A DNA stretch of 11,111 bases from Octopus sinensis (lineage: Eukaryota). The notes below the pieces were generated by a model that searched no databases, was not told the origin of the DNA, and worked only from the letters and a program-made list of their open reading frames with translations. This document shows positions 1-8,604 of this stretch, piece after piece. The translations under genes were made by a program, and so were the position numbers. The stretch spans positions 1 through 11,111 of the forward strand of contig NW_021827029.1 of the NCBI RefSeq assembly GCF_006345805.1, written 5' to 3'. Numbering within the stretch: the stretch's first letter is position 1; every line of letters starts with the position of its first letter.

Positions 1-1054
1 CCCAGGGGGGTGGGTGGCGTAGGGCTGCGACTTTCTTTCAATTTTTAACTTTTATCCTCGTGATATTGATAAAAAGAAGTAGCAGGCAGATGAATCTTTG
101 CTTAAAGTTTTGGTGCACTCTGCAACAAAAAAAAAACAAAAGATTTTCTGCACACGCTGCAAAATGTTCTGGGTGAAAATGACCCCTCGGATTAATATAT
201 TTGATATATCAAATATATTTGATATATCAAATTTAATTGAGATATCATGTTCTCCGACGACTTAAATGCAAGACGAATATAAAACCTCTTCCCTTATATT
301 TTCTCTTTATTCATAACATAAAGATGAATCATGTAAAATATCGGTGTATTACTTCTACAGAAGAATATGTATAATACTATAACATATTAAAATAAATCTA
401 TATAAGTGCTATTGCAGCTGGCCAACCAACAGGATTGGGTGATTAGACAGCAAAGTTAAGGGTAAGCAGTTATCAGTATCTTTGAACGTTATCTATGATT
501 TAGAAACACCAAACACTCGATGTCTCAGTTCATATACTAATAAACAAATATCTTACCAAGGGCTGCACAAGCCAGTAAGGATGTTAAACTCAGTACGAAG
601 TACGTACATTGTATAAATAACAAATGTTGTGTTTTTGCAGGCGGATGGGAGTGAGGGCTAATTACTGAATCAGAGAAGAAAAAGCAGCGCTTAAATTCTG
701 TTTTTGCGGCACCTGAGATTGGTGGAAAGAATGCAAGCAGTAATTAGCAAACTTGAGACCGGGTCCAAATGTTTGTTGGATGATGGATTTCTTTAAAAGC
801 AAAGCAGCCAAAAGCGAACATAGGGGTGTTAAACCGGGCGACGTATCACGTATACTGCTCTAAAACAAGGACAGTCCTTTCGATGTGTGCCCCCGTATTT
901 GTTCTCGCGTGTTAGGTTTCGTCCATTAGAGTATTAGTTGGCTTCTGAATGTGAGAGAAGATGCTGCATTCGCTCAAGATGCGATAGAGTAGAATTGAAC
1001 TCTTAGTCATGTTGTTTCGAAGCGAACTTTGCAGCCACACAACCATGTCTGCAT

Positions 1055-1460
1055 CACAGGCTTGACTGTGTAATAAGAACCTTGTTTCCCAACCACATGG
1101 TTTTGGGTTCAATCCCACTGCGTGGCACCTTGGTCAAGTGTCTTCTACTGTACCCTCGCCCCGACCAAAGCCCGATGGGTGGATTTGGTAGACGGAAACT
1201 GAAAGAAGCCCGTCGTATATATGTGTTTGTATGTGTGTGTGTGTGTGCATGTCTATGTGTGTTTGTGTGCTTGTGCCTGTGTTTGTCCCCCACCACTGAT
1301 TCACATCCGGTGTTGGTGTGATTTCGTCACCGTTAATTAGTGGTTCGACAAAATAGACCGATAAAATAAGTACCAGGCTTAAAAAAGAGTAAGCACCGGA
1401 GTCAATTCGTTCGACTCCAGCATGGGCGCAGTTCCTTGAATGACACAGGTAAGAGGCAAA
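1055..1460 (+). mobile_element. tRNA-derived SINE, near full length, with internal (TG)n tract
   Basis: Degenerate A box TGACTGTGTAA (1063-1073) and B box GGTTCAATCCC (1106-1116). The head is followed by a CORE-like start (CACCTTGGTCAAGTGTCTT). The body and tail (AATAAGTACC...GACT..CCAGCATGG) are shared with copies at 3866-4330 (minus) and 6697-6753. The family resembles octopus SINEs from memory. Confidence 0.85.
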
Positions 1461-1469
1461 ATTTAAAGA

Positions 1470-1886
1470 TGTGTGTCTTTGTGTGTTGGTGTGTCTTTGT
1501 GTATGCGTGCATGTGTGTTTGTGTGTTTGTATGTGTGTGTAAGTGAGAGTGCATGTGTATGTGTTTGTGTGTGTGTACGTGTGCTTGTGTGTGTAACTGT
1601 GTGTGTATGTGTGTATGTTTGTGTGTGCGTTTGCGTGTGTGTCTGTGTGTGCTTGCGTGCATCTGAGTATGTTTGTGTGTCTGTGTGTGCATATGTTTGT
1701 ATAACTGTGTGTGTAACAGTGTGTGTAACTGAACTGTTTGTGTATGTGTGTACGTTTGCGTGTGTTTGTGTCTGTGTCTGTTTGTGTGTGCGTGCGTTTG
1801 AGTATATGTGTGTCTGTCTTTGTATGTGTTTGTGTGTGTCTGTGTCTGTGTCTGTGTGTGTGCGTGCGCCTGTGTATGTGTGTGTG
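1470..1886. repeat. Degenerate (TG)n microsatellite
   Basis: About 415 bp of imperfect TG dinucleotide repeat; explains the VCVC/THTH ORFs. Confidence 0.95.
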
Positions 1887-2313
1887 AATATTCTTTTCCG
1901 CGTTTGATTGTTTAAGATCTTCCTATAAGCAAAGACCTGGTTATTAGCAATGATACAAGGACCCGTCGTTAAACTATAGATAACAGAAAAAAAAAACCCC
2001 AAAACAATGCTTTGAATAGTATTTGATACGAGCCACAACTCAATTAACTAGGAGTCAGAGGATGACTAAATTGTGAATAATTCAACTGTCTTGCAGATCT
2101 TATATACCACGTAGCCCTCCGTTAGCTACATTTAGAAATGAGGCGCCATATTGTTAACAAAGATTCAACCCTCGCATGAAACCGGTCCTCATCAGATATT
2201 ACTGCAATGGCCTCTGATAAACGCAATCACCAAGCACCAAGCACCAAGCAACGCCACACCAAATATCTGATTACCCCACTCCCATTAGCATTGAGGGCTT
2301 AGCTACTCGTATA

Positions 2314-2320
2314 TTCATAC

Positions 2321-2351
<31 letters not shown>

Positions 2352-2353
2352 AC

Positions 2354-2452
<99 letters not shown>

Positions 2453-2478
2453 ATATATGTACATACATATATGTATAT
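2314..2478. repeat. (TACA)n/(TA)n microsatellite
   Basis: Directly visible. Confidence 0.95.
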
Positions 2479-2695
2479 CTCGGTATCAGTTAGAAAATAA
2501 GGGTAGTGCTGATAAAGAGCCGCGTAGGATTATTTGTGGAGTCTCAGTTTCGCTGTCTTGGGTGTATGATACGAATTCCTAATCCTACCTGGGATCCATT
2601 TTCCTTCCATTCCTGCGTCTTTGATAAGATAAGAAATATTAATGCGCCGGTATGTATATACCTCATGTACGTATGTATGCACATATGTTATGATA

Positions 2696-2732
2696 TACAT
2701 ATATATGTATACGTTATATATATATATATTTG

Positions 2733-2770
<38 letters not shown>

Positions 2771-3073
2771 TATATTATTATATATATATAATATAATTAT
2801 ATATATATAATTTATACATATATATATATATATATATATACACTCATATATCATTAAAGACACTTCGCTCTTGTCTCTCACTCTCTCTCTCTCTCTCTAT
2901 TTTTCTTTCTCTGTTACTCTTTTCTCATTATGTGTGTGTATATATATATATATATAAGGATATAGATATATAGAATATCTACATATACATATACACACAC
3001 ATCTATATATATATATATATACATATATATACACATATATATATATACACACACATATATATATTATATATAT

Positions 3074-3129
<56 letters not shown>

Positions 3130-3170
3130 CTAATATATATATATGCATTGATACATACGTGTGTGTGTTT
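2696..3170. repeat. Compound (TA)n-(CT)n-(TA/CA)n microsatellite region
   Basis: TA tracts at about 2696-2840 and 2935-3145, with a CT tract at about 2868-2898. Confidence 0.93.
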
Positions 3171-3288
3171 GTATCTGACTCCATCAACATGTCCGTATCA
3201 TGTGCGCAGTTATCTTTCATAACTTCGTACAATATTCATCATAAGTGTATATGTATGCGTTATTTAATCTGTCTGTCTGTGTGAACCC

Positions 3289-3300
3289 GTGTGTGTGTGT

Positions 3301-3331
<31 letters not shown>

Positions 3332-3473
3332 GTGTGTATGCTTCTGATCAAGCGTGGCTGTCTACACACGTCTAGTTACTCACCTAACTCTGCATATCCT
3401 TACACACATTCTCACACATGCATCTATACGTGCAAGCGAATACGTACGCACACACACATATACACACACACAT

Positions 3474-3507
<34 letters not shown>

Positions 3508-3532
3508 GCACACAAACACACACACGCGTATA
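3289..3532. repeat. (GT)n tract followed by (AC)n tract
   Basis: (GT)n at about 3289-3331 and (AC)-rich sequence at about 3446-3532. Confidence 0.93.
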
Positions 3533-3916
3533 CAAATATATGATTATATGTTTTTTATTTGAAATCTTAATCCGGGATTTAGCGAATATCGCGCGTATAT
3601 AATTCTAAATGAGACTGGTGTCAACGCCCGGACGCTACATGGTTTCTTAGCTTCCAAGACATAGCAGTCAAATGGTCTTGAATTCATCCTATTTTTTTAA
3701 AGTATTTACAGACTCATAAGAAAAGGATAGGGGTAAATAGAAGATGGTCATATTTGGAACGCCTTTGGTCATAGAACTGCCCAATAAGAGTTCTCTTAGT
3801 GGGAAACAAATACAACATCAGCAACATTTTAAATATAAAGGCTGACATGTATTACTATGTATATATGAGTCATTGAACTGCGGCCATGCTGGAGCACTGC
3901 CTTGAAGAGTTTAGTC

Positions 3917-3994
3917 TAGGGATCTCCAAAGTGGTTGATATCGACCCTTAGGGGTCTATGGGGTTATTCACGGGTCGATAAATGCCTGAGATTA

Positions 3995-4088
<94 letters not shown>

Positions 4089-4175
4089 TTTATTTCTTGT
4101 ACGTGCCTGGGTTTCGATGAGGGAGTCAAGTATTCCATGAAGGGGTCAATGGTCTAAAGAGTCTAGAGAAACCAG
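3917..4175. mobile_element. hAT-type (Buster/Charlie-like) non-autonomous element / MITE
   Basis: Flanked by a perfect 8-bp direct repeat GTTTAGTC (3909-3916, 4176-4183) with TA at positions 4-5. Degenerate TIRs TAGGGATCTCCAAAGT / (rc) CTGGTTTCTCTAGACT match at 9/16. Subterminal GGGTCNAT motifs are present, and the element splits a SINE. Confidence 0.72.
3993..4095. repeat. (TTA)n followed by (TTTA)n microsatellite inside the hAT element
   Basis: Directly visible. Confidence 0.95.
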
Positions 4176-4366
4176 GTTTAGTCAAACAAACTGATTCCGG
4201 TACTTATTTTAAAAGGTATGGTAATTGTTCGGCTTCCTATGCCTAGCCGATGGTTTACGGGGATGTAAACAAAACAATACCGACAGTCAAGTGATAGGAC
4301 GGGCTGACAACTATGATTACACACATACATTATATATACATACAAGCATATATACATATAATATAT

Positions 4367-4398
<32 letters not shown>

Positions 4399-4401
4399 AC
4401 A

Positions 4402-4506
4402 CGAAGGGTGTATCAAAAGTTTTGGGCCTTGAAGTAGCGTACCTTCATCAGAAATTTTGGAACATGTTTTTTTTTTTGAGGTTCAAGACTTTTCATACAC
4501 CCCTCG
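4402..4506. mobile_element. Mariner-type MITE (105 bp)
   Basis: TIRs CGAAGGGTGTATCAAAAGT (4402-4420) and rc of 4488-4506 CGAGGGGTGTATGAAAAGT match at 17/19, extending to about 29 bp with only transition differences in the extension. Flanks are CA (left) and TA (right). The CGAGGGGT...AAAAGT terminus resembles irritans-subfamily/Hsmar2-type mariner TIRs. Confidence 0.8.
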
Positions 4507-4635
4507 TATGTATGTATATATTAATATCTATATAATATATAATATATATATATTATATAATATATATATATATATATTATATAATATATATATATATACA
4601 CATGCATAAATACACACATATTGTACATACCTACA
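4507..4635. repeat. (TA)n/(TACA)n microsatellite
   Basis: Directly visible. Confidence 0.93.
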
Positions 4636-4639
4636 TATA

Positions 4640-4876
4640 TATGTATACATACATCATTATGGGTACAGGACATCAAAAAAATGTTGAACACAATGAGAAA
4701 CGAAAACTAAAACAAAAACATGGACAACGAACATTTTTAAACAACGAAAGAACGGACCACAAAACATACAACACAAGGAATATTCCCCTTCTTCAGTTGT
4801 CCCTGTTTCGTCTACTCCGCGTTTCGAAGGTAAGGACAAGACGTGATTTCGTTGAAACAGTCCTTCCCGCAAAGCA
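4640..4876. other. Unclassified TA-bounded segment, probably an interspersed repeat fragment
   Basis: Non-coding block between TA tracts. The minus strand carries CTGAAGAAG and two CGAAAC motifs typical of Penelope-like pLTRs, but not in canonical hammerhead order. Confidence 0.3.
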
Positions 4877-4892
4877 TATATATATGAAAGTC

Positions 4893-5350
4893 TATGAGAA
4901 TTACTTAATACAGTTTTGAAGTGCAAAGGTGATTTTGTTTCTTAGATTATATTTTTAAAAAAACGTTATAAAATCTTTATCAGGATGTTAACTAACCTTC
5001 TTTGGGAAGCAGTTCTTTTGTCTAGAGTCCGGGCGCTTTCGTTTCACCTTTCCAAACACACGTTCTCTTAAAGAGGAAGTTATTATTTTTTTGAGGTAGT
5101 GGTAGTATCAATTATTTCGGGTTTTATTTTCGGATTTTCGGTTTTGGTCATAAATATTCTTTTACCATCGTTTATTATACGACAGAGTGTTCGTTATTTT
5201 CGGTTTAATTTCGGATTTAGAATTCTCATAAAGTATTCTTTATTGCCTTTTGCAGTTGAACATTTTCGTCGTTTATTTTGTAAAATGGAATATCCTGAAT
5301 TTTCCCTTTCCACAGATATCTAGATGATGCATTGCTAAGAGATGATTCCC
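4893..5350 (-). mobile_element. Penelope-like retroelement 3' fragment: frameshifted GIY-YIG C-terminus plus 3' UTR/pLTR-like sequence
   Basis: Minus-strand translation of 5344-5194 across two frameshifts gives HHLDICGKGKFRIF/PFYKINDENVQLQKA/KEYFMRILNPKLNRK*. This resembles the end of PLE GIY-YIG domains (H..C...F.IFPFYK...E..FI..L.P.LN). 4893-5046 recurs at 9171-9325. Confidence 0.65.
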
Positions 5351-5354
5351 TATA

Positions 5355-5356
<2 letters not shown>

Positions 5357-5432
<76 letters not shown>

Positions 5433-5439
5433 CTATATA

Positions 5440-5487
<48 letters not shown>

Positions 5488-5502
5488 CATTTATATATAT
5501 AT
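5357..5502. repeat. (TA)n microsatellite
   Basis: Directly visible. Confidence 0.97.
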
Positions 5503-5583
5503 GGGAAAAAGTTAAGATAGAAAATGCTAAAATAATTTTATAAAAAACATTTCAATCATTGAGACTTTTTTCAGCTGTAACAA

Positions 5584-6021
5584 TTAATAATTAAATTTAG
5601 AAAAATTTAAAGAAAAGTTTTTTAAAAGAATGTTTGTATAGTGTTCAAATACAAGTGGCATTTTACTTCCACACACGCCAGCTAAATTTAATTCGTCTTT
5701 AGTCCAAAGACACTTGTTGTTATGTCCTGTTATTTGTATTTGTATAACTTTCTCCGATTTTTTCCATCTTTGTTTGCGTATACATTCGCTGCTTTCTTCC
5801 AAGGAATCTAATGCTCTTAGCTTAGTTTTTCCTTGAGGCTGGCCAGGTTGGAGCAATCTCGAGTATAACCAGCCGAAATCGCAAAGATAATCTGGAACTC
5901 GACTGAGGAAAGAAAACTCCGATGACTCGTCCTTGTTTTCTTTGTGTCGTCTAGCTGGATGTTTTGTTTGTCCCTTTCTTTTATCACCTAACTGTCTGGA
6001 TGTTTTGCGTTCTTGTCCCAT
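5584..6021 (-). pseudogene. Degenerate GIY-YIG endonuclease remnant, probably a second Penelope-like element 3' end
   Basis: The 145-aa frame has motifs in PLE order: KD...SRV..YLCDFGWLY...GKTKLRALDSLEE...CIRKQRWKKSE...ITGHN...LVFE...I...NFSLN. Compare KD..GVVY.I.C.CG..YIG.T.R.L..R..EH...KS.VA.H...TGH...E...I....LN. Several key residues are lost. A decayed hammerhead-like core follows the stop. Confidence 0.5.
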
Positions 6022-6049
6022 TATATATATATATATATATATTATATAA

Positions 6050-6117
<68 letters not shown>
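6022..6117. repeat. (TA)n microsatellite
   Basis: Directly visible. Confidence 0.97.
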
Positions 6118-6699
6118 CGCTTTAAATACACACCGAAAGAGTTACTGATAGTTTGATGCTTTTATGAACTTTAAAACTGGGCATATTTATAAAAAAAACG
6201 TCCTGTATCTCGAAGCAATCTTTTGGGCTTTGTTTATGCGTTACATATGTTGTAAAAACAAGGACGCTGCGCAGTGAAAAACAGAAAAAGGAAAAAAACA
6301 AGAAGAAAAATGCGTAGATTGTTGATGCCAAAAAAAAAGTGGAACTCAATCCGGAGCGGTTGGTGTCCTCCAATTCAACAACAGATATCTGTGTTTGCAC
6401 CTGCTAAAAACTTCAGATCTAGAATTAAGCAATGTGTTGGAAATCCTTTAATTTAATAGGAATTTTAGAATTGGTGGGTACCACCACCTTGTCTCACAAA
6501 CTTTGACATATTTGTTTTGTTTTATTCCATACCAACTGTATTAATTGTGGTTTCTGCAATCAGGGTGAACGGGGGGAGGGGGCTTAGTTTTCTTGCTTTC
6601 GTTTCTTTATTCTCGTTCCGTTCTTCGTGTTTTTCTTCTACCTTTTTCTTCTCTTGTCTCATTGTTCGCCCTCCTTGTTTTTCAAATATATCTAACCCA

Positions 6700-6753
6700 G
6701 CATGGCCTCAGCCGGATGGCTGAAACAAGTAAAAGAGTAAAAGAGTAAAAGAG
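6700..6753 (+). mobile_element. Extremely 5'-truncated SINE/LINE tail with (GTAAAAGA)n end and 7-bp TSD
   Basis: CCAGCATGGCC...GGCTGAAACAAGTAAAAGAGTAAAAGAGTAAAAGAG matches the tail motif at 1417-1425 and 3884-3892 (rc). It is flanked by TAACCCA at 6693-6699 and 6754-6760. Confidence 0.75.
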
Positions 6754-7081
6754 TAACCCACACACAGAGCCTGAGAGACTGCTAGGATATACATTGGGTA
6801 TTTTAAAAATATTCCGAGTTAAAGTTTCATAATAGCGTGGCACTATTAGTAGCTCTTTCGGTTATGTGTTAAGTTGATGCTTTTTTTTTTTTCGCTGAAT
6901 CACTGGATGGAGTACTTCTTTTGTTGATTCTACCTTTATTGGATCAGGAACGGGAACATGAAACTCTGAGTAACAGCTTTTGTGATGCCTTTGCAGCGTT
7001 ATTAATAAAGCATATTACTCTACCTCCGGTATTCGATTACTATTTTCTCCACCTTGTTTAACATTTAAGTGTTTATTCTGG

Positions 7082-7126
7082 TATATATATATACATGTAC
7101 GTGTGTGGTATATATATATATATAAT

Positions 7127-7170
<44 letters not shown>

Positions 7171-7408
7171 TATACATATATATACATATATATATATGTA
7201 CGTATATATATATGTATATAGATATATGTAGATGTATATATGTATATACATATACCTGTGTATGTGTTTTTGTATATATAAATATATGTATGTATACATA
7301 TATATATATAGGTATATATATATATATGTATGTATACATATATATATATATAGGTATATATATGTACATATATATGCATATATATAAATATATATATATA
7401 TATATATG

Positions 7409-7444
<36 letters not shown>

Positions 7445-7478
7445 TGTATGTATGTATGTATATACACACACACACGCG
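7082..7478. repeat. Compound (TA)n/(TATG)n/(CA)n microsatellite
   Basis: Directly visible; explains the YIYI ORFs. Confidence 0.95.
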
Positions 7479-7503
7479 CGCACATGGTTAGAAATGTGCT
7501 AGT

Positions 7504-7925
7504 TTCGTGTCTGTCTTCTGCTATGATCATGAATATTGACTCATAGCCCGAAAGCGTACGATCGTGAAATTGGGCCCGTCTGAAATGTGTAGCTCGGTGA
7601 TCAGGGATTCACTCAGGATCGATCCATCACTTCTTCCTATCGAGAGGACTCAGCTGCAGTACTGCGAACGTATGTTTAGAATATTGCAGAAGAAAATCGC
7701 AAAACGGATTCTTCAAGCCGAGTCAACCGGTAGGAGACATAGGGGTGGGTAGAGCAATAACGAGATGGGTGTTTAATATCAATAGACTTAGATGGTCATG
7801 CTTGGAAAGTATAATCAAGGTTGGTTCCGATACGACTCTATGGAAGAGGTGCCGAGGGATTTTACTCCCATGATCTTTCCCCAGGTACAGTGGGCGGAGT
7901 AGCTCCATGGATGGATAGATGTATG
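7504..7925 (+). mobile_element. RTE-clade LINE (Rex3/Expander-like) 3' fragment, decayed
   Basis: Translation with stops and frameshifts gives YDHEY*LIA/ESVRS...[27 protein letters not shown]...RILQKKIAKRILQAESTGRRHRG/GRAITRW...LRWSCL...DTTLWKRC..ILLP. This matches the RTE C-terminus pattern YGHESW..T.R.RSR...EM / EPLLL.IERSQLR..GH..RM / PTGRRPRGRPRTRW. It ends in a GGATGGATAGATG tail typical of this group. Confidence 0.85.
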
Positions 7926-8250
7926 CTGATTACACGATACGCTACCAGATAATTGGTGCTTGTTAACCAGTTCCACACTCCACTCGTTATACTAAACGCG
8001 GTGTGAAAGCAAAGCAGCCATGAGGGGTGAAATCGCGGGACAGGCAACCGTGCAGAGTTCGGGCCACGTTACGTAGCAATACGACACACAGACACAAACA
8101 TTTGTACTAATCCAGTGAGAGTGGTTGGGCGGGTGGGGAGGCAGGGCTGCTAGAAGGTCGGGATGATGACTTGCCTTATCTGTTCTGGTTCTTTGCGGAT
8201 TATCAGAGACGTCTGCGAAGATAGTGGTGCCATGGTAAATTGACATTAAA

Positions 8251-8254
<4 letters not shown>

Positions 8255-8284
<30 letters not shown>

Positions 8285-8315
8285 GTGTGTGTGTGTGTGT
8301 GCGTGTGTGTGTGTG
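8255..8315. repeat. (TG)n microsatellite
   Basis: Directly visible. Confidence 0.96.
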
Positions 8316-8418
8316 AGTTTATACTTGTCCCTCTTAGCAACCGGTGTTAGTTTGTTCATCCGCCCAGGTTACCACTGGAACTATACTACTCGGATTACCG
8401 CCTCCACGAGTCTCACTG

Positions 8419-8464
<46 letters not shown>
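8419..8464. repeat. (TAGA)n microsatellite
   Basis: About 11 perfect units. Confidence 0.97.
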
Positions 8465-8512
8465 CACTCACGTACAAACACATAAATATGTACACGACAC
8501 GCATAAATATTG

Positions 8513-8517
8513 TAATA

Positions 8518-8603
<86 letters not shown>
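8513..8603. repeat. (TAA)n microsatellite
   Basis: About 30 units with two interruptions. Confidence 0.97.

Positions 8604-8604
<1 letters not shown>

Larger units (their letters stand above)
3866..4330 (-). mobile_element. 3' half of a SINE of the same family as 1055-1460, interrupted by a hAT-type MITE
   Basis: The reverse complement gives ...TTGTTTACATCCCCGTAA...AATAAGTACCGGAATCAGTTTGTTTGACTAAAC|insert|TCTTCAAGGCAGTGCTCCAGCATGGCCGCAGTTCAATGACTCA. This is colinear with the body and tail of the 1055-1460 SINE. No tRNA head was found beyond the TA/CA tract. Confidence 0.78.

Noticed and set aside
5-24. G-rich start as a G-quadruplex
   Set aside because: The run pattern (G6, G3, G2, G3) does not give four clean G3 tracts, and the context is cut off by the window edge.
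171-195. GGGTGAAAATGACCCC...TTAA as a piggyBac-like terminus
   Set aside because: There is no partner end in the window and the terminal bases are atypical.
796-810. 15-mer AAAGCAAAGCAGCCA repeated at 8006-8020
   Set aside because: It does not extend on either side, is partly low complexity, and is plausible by chance in 11 kb.
1402-2038. Long THTH/VCVC ORFs
   Set aside because: These are translations of the (TG)n microsatellite.
4935-4990. Hammerhead-like layout in the duplicated segment (CUGAUAA...AGAUU/AAUCU...GAAA, minus strand)
   Set aside because: G8 is missing in both copies, stems I and III do not form, and GAAAC is not conserved in the second copy.
6255-6345. Possible piggyBac cysteine-rich domain (QGRCAV...KTRR/KCVDC)
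   Set aside because: It needs a frameshift, lacks the second Cys of the first pair, contains a stop and has no upstream catalytic-domain similarity.
7015-7530. Multiple YIYI ORFs (also 2271-3562 and 4178-4437)
   Set aside because: These are translations of (TA)n/(CA)n tracts that lack stop codons.
7992-8246. GC-richer block with an 84-aa minus-strand ORF
   Set aside because: I recognise no protein motif, splice structure or repeat signature.
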